Below, piece after piece: positions 28,606 through 38,088 of a DNA stretch of 64,000 bases. The stretch's first letter is position 1; every line of letters begins with the position of its first letter. The DNA is from Polyangiales bacterium (GTDB lineage Bacteria; Myxococcota_A; Polyangia; Polyangiales; Polyangiaceae), in assembly GCA_038230375.1 (NCBI GenBank), contig JBBRNJ010000014.1:70165-134164 (forward strand). The letters are read 5' to 3'. Position numbers and translations under genes: made by a program. Below the pieces are notes generated by a model, which saw nothing but the letters and a program-made list of their open reading frames with translations, had not been told where the DNA came from and searched no databases.

Positions 28606-29778
28606 GTGGTAGGAAATGGCCCCATCGTGGCGAGCGCCATCACCGAGCTGATCGACAAGAAGCGCGTGATCATCGTGGCTGGCGCCGGTGGCGTTGGCAA
28701 GACCACGACGGCGGCTGCGATCTCGGTGCTCGGGGCGCGGCGTGGCAAGCGCGTGCTCTGCCTCACGATCGACCCAGCGAAGCGCCTCGCCGAGAGCCTT
28801 GGCATCACCGAGATGTCATCCGAGGCCCGCGAGGTGGACAAGGCCCGCTTCGAGGCGGCCGGCATGCAGCTACCCGGCTCCCTCACCGCGATGATGCTCG
28901 ACACGAAGCGGACGTTCGACGAGCTCGTCGTGAAGTACTCCTCCACGCCGAAGAAGGCGGAGAAGCTGCTTCAGAACAAGCTCTATCAATACATCTCCAC
29001 GTCGCTCGCGGGCACGCAGGAGTACATGGCCATGGAGAAGCTCGCGGCCGTGAAGAACGACCCGCGCTACGACCTCATCGTCCTCGACACACCGCCCACC
29101 GCCAACGCGCTCGACTTCCTGGACGCGCCAGAGCGGCTCACGGAGGCGCTCGACTCCGCGGCCATGCGCTGGTTCGTGGAGGCGTTCCAGAGCTCCGGCA
29201 AGTTCTCTCTCAACATCATCGCGAAGGGCGCGGCGGCAGTCCTTCGCGGCATCGGCAAGATCACGGGCGGCGGCTTCCTGGAGGCGATCAGCGAGCTCAT
29301 CGCGGAGCTGAACGATCTCTTCGGCGGCTTCAAGGAGCGCGCGGCCATGGTGCAGAAGTCGCTTCGCGCGGCCGACGTTTCGTTCGTGCTCGTCGCGGCC
29401 CCATCACCACCCAGCATCCGCGAGGCGATCTTCTTCGCGGAGCGCCTGGCAGAGGCAAACATGCCCCGCGGCGGCTTCATCGTGAACCGCTTCCATCTTC
29501 CGCCGCCAGAGCGCGCGGGGATCTCCCCCGACGACGCGCGCCGCGCCATCGCGATCCGCAAGCTCACACTCGAGGACGACGCCGCAGCGCGCCTCTGCAC
29601 CGCCCACAAGGACATGGGGCAGCTCGCCTCGTTCGACGCGTTCCACGTGGAGAAGCTGGCGGAGAAGCTCGGCGCGGACGTACCCATGCTCAAGATCGCC
29701 GCGCTCGCCTCGGACGTGTACGACCTCACTCTCCTCGGCCAGATCGCCGACGCCATCGAGTCCGGGGGCGTCCACTAG
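28606..29778 (+). CDS. ArsA/GET3-related P-loop ATPase
   Basis: GAGGVGKTT, TIDPAKRLA, DTPPT and VNR; single ATPase domain, start uncertain. Confidence 0.88.
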   Translation: MVGNGPIVASAITELIDKKRVIIVAGAGGVGKTTTAAAISVLGARRGKRVLCLTIDPAKRLAESLGITEMSSEAREVDKARFEAAGMQLPGSLTAMMLDTKRTFDELVVKYSSTPKKAEKLLQNKLYQYISTSLAGTQEYMAMEKLAAVKNDPRYDLIVLDTPPTANALDFLDAPERLTEALDSAAMRWFVEAFQSSGKFSLNIIAKGAAAVLRGIGKITGGGFLEAISELIAELNDLFGGFKERAAMVQKSLRAADVSFVLVAAPSPPSIREAIFFAERLAEANMPRGGFIVNRFHLPPPERAGISPDDARRAIAIRKLTLEDDAAARLCTAHKDMGQLASFDAFHVEKLAEKLGADVPMLKIAALASDVYDLTLLGQIADAIESGGVH

Positions 29779-29807
29779 ATCACATCGACAGCTCGCGGAG
29801 GCGGCTC

Positions 29808-31220
29808 TCAGTCGTCTGCGGCCTTCTTGTCCTTGTCTTTGCGGCCGCGGCGGCGTTCCTTGTAGAGTACACGGATCGGGATGCCCTCGAAGCCGAAGTG
29901 CTTGCGCAGCTGGTTCTGCACGTAGCGCTGGTAGGAGAAGTGGACCGCATCCGGCGCGCTCGCCATGACGATGAACGTGGGGGGCGAGGTCTCTGCCTGT
30001 GTGATGAAGTAGAGCCGTGGTGCCTTGCCGCCCTGCGTGGGCGGTGAGCGGGTCTCGATGACCTGCTCGAAGAAGCGATTGAGCTCACCGGTGCCGACGC
30101 GTGATCGGTACGCGGCGTAGAGCCGTGCGACCGTCTCCATCAGCTCGGTGAGGCCTCGGCCCGTCTTCGCGCTGATGGGGAGGATGGGTACGAACGGCGC
30201 GAACGAGATCTTCTCGCGCGCGGCCTCGATGGCCTTTGCCATCTGTACCTTGTCCAGGAGGTCGCCCTTGTTGAGCGCGATGATCATCCCGCGCCCGCGA
30301 TCGTTCGCCAGGCCCAGGATCTTCGCGTCCTGCTCGGCCACGCCGTCCTTCGCGTCCACGACCAGCACGGTCACGTGGGAGCGCTCCATGCTCTTCACGG
30401 AGTGCATGACGCTTGCGGACTCGACGTCGTCCGCGGCCTTCGTGACCTTGCCCTTCTTGCGAATGCCGGCGGTGTCGATGAAGACGAACGTCCTGCCGTC
30501 GCGCTCGACGATGGCGTCGATCGCGTCGCGCGTCGTGCCGGGGCGCTCGTCCACGAGCATGCGTGACTCGCCGAGCAGGCGGTTCATCAGGCTGGATTTT
30601 CCCGCGTTCGGACGGCCCACGACCGCCACGCGCGGGAGGTCTGCGCCCATCTGCAACGAGAGCGGTATTGCCTCCGGGAGAACCTCGAGGATGGCGCTTT
30701 CCAGCTCCGTCATGCCACGGCCGTGCAGGGCAGACACCGGGATGACGCGGTCCACACCGAACCGATAGAGCTCGAACGACTGGGCCTCCACCTTGGGCGA
30801 GTCCACCTTGTTCGCTGCGTAGATCACCGGCTTGTCGGTGCGGCGCAAGAGCTCGATCGCGGCGCGATCGGCGCCCGTCAGCTCCGCGGAGCCATCGCAC
30901 ACGAAGACGATCACGTCCGCTTCCGCCACGGCTTCGCGCACGTGCTCCGCGATGCCCGCCTTCATGGGGTCCTCGTCCTCCGGGTCGAAGCCGCCCGTGT
31001 CGATGAGGGTGAAGTCACGGCCCAAGGCGTTCGTGTTCGCGTAGTGACGGTCGCGCGTGACGCCGGGCTCGTCGTGAACGATGGCGAGCCGTCGCCGCGC
31101 GAGGCGGTTGAACAACGTGGATTTTCCCACGTTCGGACGCCCGACCACCGCGACCAGCGGCAGCCCCGTGGCACCCGCGGGGGTCATGCGATCGGGGAGC
31201 TGCTTTCGGTGCTTCGTCAT
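29808..31220 (-). CDS. der: Ribosome biogenesis GTPase Der
   Basis: Two G domains (GRPNVGKS/DTGG/NKVD and GRPNAGKS/DTAG/NKGD) and C-terminal YVQNQLRKHFGFEGIP. Confidence 0.97.
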   Translation of the reverse strand: MTKHRKQLPDRMTPAGATGLPLVAVVGRPNVGKSTLFNRLARRRLAIVHDEPGVTRDRHYANTNALGRDFTLIDTGGFDPEDEDPMKAGIAEHVREAVAEADVIVFVCDGSAELTGADRAAIELLRRTDKPVIYAANKVDSPKVEAQSFELYRFGVDRVIPVSALHGRGMTELESAILEVLPEAIPLSLQMGADLPRVAVVGRPNAGKSSLMNRLLGESRMLVDERPGTTRDAIDAIVERDGRTFVFIDTAGIRKKGKVTKAADDVESASVMHSVKSMERSHVTVLVVDAKDGVAEQDAKILGLANDRGRGMIIALNKGDLLDKVQMAKAIEAAREKISFAPFVPILPISAKTGRGLTELMETVARLYAAYRSRVGTGELNRFFEQVIETRSPPTQGGKAPRLYFITQAETSPPTFIVMASAPDAVHFSYQRYVQNQLRKHFGFEGIPIRVLYKERRRGRKDKDKKAADD

Positions 31221-32188
31221 CGGGATTTCCTCTGGTTCGCTTTCGCCCCGCTCCCGCCGCTCACGTGCGCATCGTCGTAGCCGAACGAGCGCAGCAGCGC
31301 GTCGTTTTCGTACCAGCCCGGCGTCACGCGCACGAAGAGCTCCATGTGGACCTGCTTGCCGAGCAGCTCCTCGACGCGCGCGCGTGCGGCCGACGCGATG
31401 GTCTTCATCATGGAGCCGTGCTTGCCGAGCAGGATCGGCTTGTGCGTCTCCTTGTCCACGTGGACGGTGAGCATGATGCGCGGCGTCTTCTTCTCTTCCT
31501 CGAACGACTCCACCGTGACGGCGACGCCGTGAGGTACCTCGTTCCGCGTGTTGCGGAGGATCTGTTCGCGTACGAACTCCGCGACGAAGAAGCGCATGGG
31601 GCGGTCGGAGATCTCGTCCTCGGGGAAGAGCGGCTCACCCAGGGGCAGGATCTTCGCGAGCTCGGCGACGATCCGCTCTACGCCGTTCCCCGAGCGCGCG
31701 CTGACGGGGATGATGGCGGTGAGGCCGGGGCCCACGTCCTTGCCGATCGACTCGAGCAACGGGAGGATCGCGGAGCGGGGCTGCACGCGATCGACCTTGT
31801 TCAGGACGAGCAGCGTGGGGATCTTCGGGAGGCTGCGCAGGATGTCCCTGTCGGGGGCCGTCAGGCCCTGGCCGCGCCCGCCAAGCTCCACGACCAGGAG
31901 CTGCGCATCTGCGTCCTGCGCGGCCTGCTCGGACGCGCGGTTCATGCGGGCGCCGAGCTTGTTCTTGGCGGTGTGGATGCCCGGCGTGTCCACGAAGGCG
32001 ATCTGCAGACCTTCCGTCGAGAGCAGCCCGAGGATGCTGTCACGCGTGGTCTGGGGCAGGGGGCTCACGATGGCGATCCGCTCGCCGATGAGCGCATTCA
32101 AGAGGGTGGACTTGCCCACGTTCGGACGTCCGACGATCGCGACGCGCCCGGCGCGGCGAGGATTCTCGGTCTTCTTGGAGGCACCCAT
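31217..32188 (-). CDS. era: GTPase Era
   Basis: GRPNVGKSTLLN, PQTTR, DTPG, NKVD and KH-like domain; start set at ATG 32188. Confidence 0.96.
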   Translation of the reverse strand: MGASKKTENPRRAGRVAIVGRPNVGKSTLLNALIGERIAIVSPLPQTTRDSILGLLSTEGLQIAFVDTPGIHTAKNKLGARMNRASEQAAQDADAQLLVVELGGRGQGLTAPDRDILRSLPKIPTLLVLNKVDRVQPRSAILPLLESIGKDVGPGLTAIIPVSARSGNGVERIVAELAKILPLGEPLFPEDEISDRPMRFFVAEFVREQILRNTRNEVPHGVAVTVESFEEEKKTPRIMLTVHVDKETHKPILLGKHGSMMKTIASAARARVEELLGKQVHMELFVRVTPGWYENDALLRSFGYDDAHVSGGSGAKANQRKSR

Positions 32189-32259
32189 TTTCCGCCTTCT
32201 TACACGAAAATACGGCTGCGTGACGAACGGTCGTGCATGCGCTAGACACCGTCCTCGCG

Positions 32260-35200
32260 ATGAAGGACGACGATTCGAGCGAAGCCACGGCAGAAACCAC
32301 GAAGGCCGACGCCAAGGATGACGCCAAGGTGGACGCCAAGGTGGATGCCACGAGCGTCGCGAAGGAGACGCCCGCGGAGCCTGCGAAGAAAGAGGACAGA
32401 GCGCCCTCACGCAAGCTGCCCGCGATCCCGGCCTGGGTCGTCGCGGTTGGCCTGCCCATCCTCTTCTTCTTCATCGTGCCGCCGCTCGGCAAGAGCGGCA
32501 TCTGGGATCCGTACGAGCTCAACGTGGCCGACCTTGCCCGGCGCGTGGGCCTGAACCTGCATGGCGCGGAGCACCTCCGGCTCGAGGGCGCGGACAACTC
32601 ACTCCCGCACCTGAATGATCTCGGGCGACCGCAGCTGCCGTTCACCGCGATGGCGATCGGCTTCCAGCTCTTCGGCCTGCGCGAATGGGCGGGTCGCCTG
32701 CCGCTCGCGCTCTTCGGCCTCTTCGGCGTGATCGCAACGTATGGCTGGGTGTCGCGCATGGTCGACAAGCGCGCGGGCGCGTTCGCCGCCGTGGCGCTCA
32801 CCACCACGCCGCTCTACTTCGTGCAGGCGCGCACGATGCTCGGTGACATCGTCACCATGAGCGCCATGTCCATGGCCTTCGGCGGGCTGCTCGTCGTGCT
32901 CTTCGATCGCCGCCCGGACGACGAAGGACCCATGCCGCTCGGCCGCCTTGGCTACCTCGCGCTCGCGATCCTCGGCCTCACGTGCGGCTACTACAGCCGC
33001 GGTGCGGCCGTTGGCGTCGGCATCCCGCTCGCAGCGATCGGCCTGTCGTGGGGTGTGCTGATGGCCTCCGGTCAGAAGCACACGGACTACGTGACGGACG
33101 CGCTCGGCGCGCTCTCGCTCGCGGCGGCCGGCTACGTCTTCTACAAGACGCTCGGGGTGATGAGCGAAGAGCGCGTCCCGGACATGAGCCCGTGGGTCGG
33201 CGCCATGGTCCACCCGCCCACGAAGTACCCCACGTTCGACTACTTCGTCTCGCACATCGGCCACGCGATGGTGCCGTGGAGCGCGTTCGTCCCGTTCGCG
33301 CTCGGCCGCATGTTCATCGCGCCGAAGGGCAAGCCCGGCCTCCAGGTCGAGCGCGAGAGCGTCGCGCGCATGGCGCTGATCGTCGCTGCTGGTGTCGCGC
33401 TCGGCGTACATGGATGGCTCGCGGCGCGCACCGATCTGATGGCGTTCTCCGCGCCCGCAGTGCTCGCGGCCGTGTGCGGCATTGCGCTGCGTGACTATGA
33501 GCGCGGCGCGCACCCATCGATCGCCGTTGGCGTAGGCACCGCCGCGTTCCTTGGCCTCTTCCATCACGACATGCACCAGCTACCGGAGAAGGCGTTCCAG
33601 GCCTACGCGGTCGTCTCGACCACGTTCCCCGAGTCGTTCAAGGCTCACGCGCTCTCGCTCTGGACCATCGTGCTCGTCGGCTTCGCAGGTATCTCGTTCC
33701 TCACCTGGGTCGACAACGACGCGCTGAAGGCCTTCCGCCCGTGGTGGCTCGAACTCTCGGCTGCGCGCGACAAACGCGCTCGTCCGCCGGCCGCGCCGAA
33801 TGCGGAAATCTCTTCAGATGCGCCCGACGCGGCCAACGCTTCTGCCGGTGGTGCCGATGGTGCCGATGGTGCCGGTCGCGCAGCGGGCACGGGCGAGACT
33901 CCGGCCGACGAAGAGACCCGGCCATTCGACACGAAGAGCTACGCACGCCTCATCGGCACGCTGCTCGACGCGTGGGACGGCATGCTCGCGCTCATCTACT
34001 TCGCCATCGTGGCGGGCGCGTGCCTCGCAGGCCTCGCCGTGTGGGCGGGCCAGCGAACGGGCGCGAAGTGGCTCCCCACGATCGGCTCGCAGACGCGCGA
34101 CATCGTGCTCAACGCGTGGTGGGTGTCGGCGTTCGGCCCGCTCGTCGCAATCCTTGGCATCTACTTCTGGTACGACGTCTGGCGCTGGGCGTTCCGCACC
34201 ACCGAGGAGGCCACAGTCGCCACCGCGCTGCGCGGCTTCGAGCCGCTCGAGGATCTCGCCGCGGAGCTGGTCGGCAAGGGTTCGAACCTCCCCGCGCCCG
34301 TGTGGAAGGTGATCTTCGCCGGGCTCGGTCGTGACAAGAAGAAGAAGAACGAGCCGAAGAAGGACGAGAACGCCGACGCGAAGAAGTCCGAAGACGGCGA
34401 CGCGACCGCGGATGAAGCGAAGAAAGAGGCCACGCCCGAGCCCGAGCCCGAGCCCGTGCTGCTCCCCGGTGAGCCCACGCCGTTCTCCGTTGCGCTCATC
34501 ACGCTGATCGTGATGGTGCCGCTCATGTACCTGCAGGTGCCGCTCGCGGTGTACATCGGGCTCACGAAGGCGGGCGTGCACATGCTCCCGTCCATCGCGA
34601 TCGCGCTGCCCTCCGGTGTCGGTGTGTTCCTGTTGCTCGGTCTTGTGGCGCAGCTGGTTCGCGGAAGCCGCGCGGCGTTCATGGCGCTCTCCGCAACCGC
34701 GCTCTCCGCGGTGCTTTGCTTCTCGTATTACCCGGCGCTCGCGAACCAGCTCTCGCCCAAGGAAGTGTTCGAGAGCTACCGCAACGTGAAGAAGGCCGAC
34801 GAGCCGCTCGGTCTCCTCGGTGTCGGTGGACGCACGGCCGCCTACTACGCGGGCGGGCAGCCACCGATCTTCAAGGATGCGCAGGGCGCATTCACCTGGC
34901 TCGCGGCCGCGGAGCCCGGGCACCGCCGCTTCCTCGCGGCCTCCGGCACGGAGCTGTCACGCCTGAACGCGCTCTTCCGCTCGCAGCCCAGCCACGGCAA
35001 CGTGCCCGTGATCGACGCGCGGTCGAGCCAGATCATGCTCGTTGCTTCCTCGCTCGAGCCGAACGAGAAGAACGAGAACCCGCTCGCGAAGGTCATCCTG
35101 GCAGAGGCGCCGAAGCCGCAGCACCGCCTGGACGTGAACATGGACGACCAGCTCCTCTGCCTCGGCTACGACCTGATGGACGGTGATACCGGGCGCCTGG

Positions 35201-35538
35201 TCGACTCCGTGACGCCGCGCAAGAAGTACAAGATGAAGACCTACTACAAGGTCCTCGCGCCGGTCACCCGTGAGTGGGAAGCGTTCATCCACATCGACGG
35301 CTACAAACGCCGCCACAACGGCGATCACAAGATGATCGACGGCAAGTATCCGTTCGCTCTCTGGCAGATCGGCGACTACATCGCGGACGACTACGAGTTC
35401 TCGCTGGAGCCGAACTTCGGTCCTGGCACGTACACGATCTTTTTCGGCCTCTACCAGGGCGAGTCACGCCTCAAGATCAAGAGCGGCCCGATGGACGGCG
35501 AGAACCGAATCAACGGCGGCAACCTCAGGGTCAAGTAG
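32260..35538 (+). CDS. Large GT-C fold (ArnT/PMT, family 39-like) membrane glycosyltransferase
   Basis: GIWDPYE loop after the first TM, FQLFGLREWAGRLP, ARTMLGD, many TM helices, C-terminal periplasmic beta domain (LGYDL...FIHIDG...WQIGD...PGTYTIFFGLY). Confidence 0.75.
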   Translation: MKDDDSSEATAETTKADAKDDAKVDAKVDATSVAKETPAEPAKKEDRAPSRKLPAIPAWVVAVGLPILFFFIVPPLGKSGIWDPYELNVADLARRVGLNLHGAEHLRLEGADNSLPHLNDLGRPQLPFTAMAIGFQLFGLREWAGRLPLALFGLFGVIATYGWVSRMVDKRAGAFAAVALTTTPLYFVQARTMLGDIVTMSAMSMAFGGLLVVLFDRRPDDEGPMPLGRLGYLALAILGLTCGYYSRGAAVGVGIPLAAIGLSWGVLMASGQKHTDYVTDALGALSLAAAGYVFYKTLGVMSEERVPDMSPWVGAMVHPPTKYPTFDYFVSHIGHAMVPWSAFVPFALGRMFIAPKGKPGLQVERESVARMALIVAAGVALGVHGWLAARTDLMAFSAPAVLAAVCGIALRDYERGAHPSIAVGVGTAAFLGLFHHDMHQLPEKAFQAYAVVSTTFPESFKAHALSLWTIVLVGFAGISFLTWVDNDALKAFRPWWLELSAARDKRARPPAAPNAEISSDAPDAANASAGGADGADGAGRAAGTGETPADEETRPFDTKSYARLIGTLLDAWDGMLALIYFAIVAGACLAGLAVWAGQRTGAKWLPTIGSQTRDIVLNAWWVSAFGPLVAILGIYFWYDVWRWAFRTTEEATVATALRGFEPLEDLAAELVGKGSNLPAPVWKVIFAGLGRDKKKKNEPKKDENADAKKSEDGDATADEAKKEATPEPEPEPVLLPGEPTPFSVALITLIVMVPLMYLQVPLAVYIGLTKAGVHMLPSIAIALPSGVGVFLLLGLVAQLVRGSRAAFMALSATALSAVLCFSYYPALANQLSPKEVFESYRNVKKADEPLGLLGVGGRTAAYYAGGQPPIFKDAQGAFTWLAAAEPGHRRFLAASGTELSRLNALFRSQPSHGNVPVIDARSSQIMLVASSLEPNEKNENPLAKVILAEAPKPQHRLDVNMDDQLLCLGYDLMDGDTGRLVDSVTPRKKYKMKTYYKVLAPVTREWEAFIHIDGYKRRHNGDHKMIDGKYPFALWQIGDYIADDYEFSLEPNFGPGTYTIFFGLYQGESRLKIKSGPMDGENRINGGNLRVK

Positions 35539-35574
35539 CCGGTCGAGGTCCGGGTCCGGGTCCAGGTCGAGTCG

Positions 35575-37311
35575 TTACTGGGCTGGGGGGGCGGGGAAGA
35601 ACCGACCCACGACGCCGGCGCCCGTGTTCGACTTGTCTTCCCAGCCGAAGATCACGTTGCCCGACGCGCCGCCGCCAATCACCACGGGGTTCGCGCGGGT
35701 CTTCCCCTCGGTGAGGCTTGCCTGGAACTCCTGGTCCTGGCCGTCGACGCTGTTCGGTAGGTAGCCGGTGTTCCCGCCGGCGAAGCGACCGCGGATGTGA
35801 TTGGACCCGACGTCGAGCCAGGCGATCGCGAACGAGCCCGACGCGGCCGTGAGCGCGGCGATCGCAGGGAAGGCCTGGTCACCGGCCGTGATGACGTTGT
35901 TCACGCGGAGGGTCTGGTCACCGGAGAGCTTGGCCTGCGCGGTGTTGTAGCGCTGGAGCACGATGTCCGTGGCGAGGGCCTGGTGGTCCGCGAACGCCAC
36001 CGCGAACCGGCCGTCCGCGAGCGACGCGACGCGCGGATGATCCTGCAAGCCGGCGGTGTTGTCGTTCACGGTGGACTCGGAGCCCGCCGGAGTTCCGTCG
36101 GAGCCGATGAGGCGCAGCTTGACGTCGTCGCCGCTCTGCCACACCGCCACCCAGCCCATGGGCGTGGCGGCAAGCGCAACCTTCGAGTTGCTCTTTCCTG
36201 TGCTGATGCTGACCTGGTTGCCCAGCACGTTGGGCGGCGTGAAGGTGCGGCCGTTGATGACGCCGCCCGCGGCCTGGTCTTCCCAGGCGATGAAGAGCTT
36301 GTTTCCAGGGCCTGCGGCGACATCGGGAAGGGCCTGGATGTTCGTCTCGCCAGCGCCGTTCGTGCCGTTGATGCCGACCGACATCGACACGCCCTGGTCG
36401 GCGACGAAGGAGGAGTCCATCGAACGCAGGTGGATGTCGATGCCCATACCTCCGCCCGAGTCGTCGTCCTGGAAGACGACGTAGTACTTGCCGCCGACGA
36501 ACGCGCCGTGCGCTGCGCCCTGCGCTCCGGGCGCTGGTGTCGACGGGAAGCCGGAGCCGTTCGACAACAGCAGCTCCCCGCCAGCCGCTGCGGGCGGCGA
36601 GGACGGCAACGCCCATTTGTCGGAGAGCATGCGGAAGCCGATGTCGTTTGCGCCCGACGTCTTGTCCGTGAAGAACGCAAAGAAGTTACCGCTTGTCCCG
36701 CTCTGCGCAGGCCACAGGAACGAGGCGTCGAACTTGTCGCCGGTCTTGCCCGTGGTGGTGTTGTTCGCGCCGGAGCCGCTCGAGAGGAGGAATTCGGGCG
36801 AGTGGCACATGCCGTCGCAGCTGGGCGATGCAGGTCCCTCGCATTGCTCGGTGGGTTGGATCGTTCCGTCCCCGCAGGTGGCGGGCGGGATGAAGCGCTC
36901 CATCGTGATCTGCAACGGCAGCGCGGTCTGGTTGATCTTCGCACGTGCGCAGCCCGTCGCCACGGGTGTGGCCGGATCGGAGCCGAAGCCCTGTGCTTGA
37001 AACACGCGGTCGGTGTCGCTCTCGGCGATGGTCAGCGTGCCGCAGTATCGGAGGGGTGGGGTGCAGCCCGTCGAGTTGAGATCGAGCGTTGCGAGCGCCG
37101 TTGCGGTGTCGGCGCCTGTGACGATGCCGGTCTGCGCGACGCAGTCGATGCCGCCGCTCGTGTCGAACACCTTCAGCTTGATCGACGACACACTCGAGAA
37201 GAGATCGCTCGGGTCAAGAATGCTCGGTGCGATCGCGACACTCACGGGCTCTTTTTCGGAGCCGCACGCGGAGGCCACGAGCGCTAGAAGGGCCGCTGAT
37301 CGAAGGCGCAT
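35575..37311 (-). CDS. Lipoprotein with a myxobacterial Cys-rich repeat and beta-propeller-like region
   Basis: Lipobox VASAC; CGDGTIQPTEQCE; repeated P-x-V-A...F-x-A-W-x-D units. Confidence 0.7.
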   Translation of the reverse strand: MRLRSAALLALVASACGSEKEPVSVAIAPSILDPSDLFSSVSSIKLKVFDTSGGIDCVAQTGIVTGADTATALATLDLNSTGCTPPLRYCGTLTIAESDTDRVFQAQGFGSDPATPVATGCARAKINQTALPLQITMERFIPPATCGDGTIQPTEQCEGPASPSCDGMCHSPEFLLSSGSGANNTTTGKTGDKFDASFLWPAQSGTSGNFFAFFTDKTSGANDIGFRMLSDKWALPSSPPAAAGGELLLSNGSGFPSTPAPGAQGAAHGAFVGGKYYVVFQDDDSGGGMGIDIHLRSMDSSFVADQGVSMSVGINGTNGAGETNIQALPDVAAGPGNKLFIAWEDQAAGGVINGRTFTPPNVLGNQVSISTGKSNSKVALAATPMGWVAVWQSGDDVKLRLIGSDGTPAGSESTVNDNTAGLQDHPRVASLADGRFAVAFADHQALATDIVLQRYNTAQAKLSGDQTLRVNNVITAGDQAFPAIAALTAASGSFAIAWLDVGSNHIRGRFAGGNTGYLPNSVDGQDQEFQASLTEGKTRANPVVIGGGASGNVIFGWEDKSNTGAGVVGRFFPAPPAQ

Positions 37312-37362
37312 ATCGGCGCGGACTCTAGCAGAAAAGCTGATGCGCGGGAGCCTCAGCGGTCT

Positions 37363-38043
37363 TCATCCAAGGATCTTGGAGAGGATGCCTTTTTTGCGCT
37401 CCCCCGCGCCGCCCGCGCCACCACCGCCGCTGCCCTGCGGACCGGCGGGAGGTGTGGCGACGTCGATGCCGGCGAGGAGCAGCGTGTCCTTCAGCTCGGT
37501 GAGCAGGTCGGGATCGCCGTCGATCTGAGCGGTCCTTGCGCCGCGCTCCTTCAGGTGGCGCGCGATGCGGGTTGCCCACTCCGAGATGTCGTCAGGCTCT
37601 TGTGAGGGGAGCTGCGCGGCCACGGCGAACGCGTCGGCCGAGAGCCGGACGATGCCTGCGGGCGGCAGCCACTGTGCGAGAGCTTCACGTGCGCTGGCTT
37701 CTCGCAGCGCGGCGACGTAGCCCTCTGCGACGGCAGCGCGTGCGGACGGGCCAAGGCGGTCTGCGTCGGCCGGGGCCAGGACCGCGCGTGCGCTGTCCAT
37801 CGTGAGCGACACGTAGCTGGGCGTTGCACCTTTCTCACCGAGCAGTTGCCCGAGCGCGTGAAGCGCCGTCAGGAGCTCGCGCTGCGGAGCGGCCGCGGAC
37901 AGCACGAGATCGCACACGAGCTCACGGAGGCCACGAGCCTCCTTCGCTGCGTCACGATCCTTCGCGACAGCGGCGACAGCGAGATCCTTCTGCTCCCAGG
38001 CCAGCGCGAGCTGGCTGACGCGATCGTCCTCTCTACCGAGCAT
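37363..38043 (-). CDS. Hypothetical protein, weakly RsbR/STAS-like
   Basis: Helical N-terminal domain, then GIVRLSADAFAVAA...WATRIARHLKERGARTAQID resembling the start of a STAS fold. Confidence 0.45.
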   Translation of the reverse strand: MLGREDDRVSQLALAWEQKDLAVAAVAKDRDAAKEARGLRELVCDLVLSAAAPQRELLTALHALGQLLGEKGATPSYVSLTMDSARAVLAPADADRLGPSARAAVAEGYVAALREASAREALAQWLPPAGIVRLSADAFAVAAQLPSQEPDDISEWATRIARHLKERGARTAQIDGDPDLLTELKDTLLLAGIDVATPPAGPQGSGGGGAGGAGERKKGILSKILG

Positions 38044-38088
38044 GGTTCCATCCTATCAGACGGGGTCTCAGACGCGAGACAGACGCCT

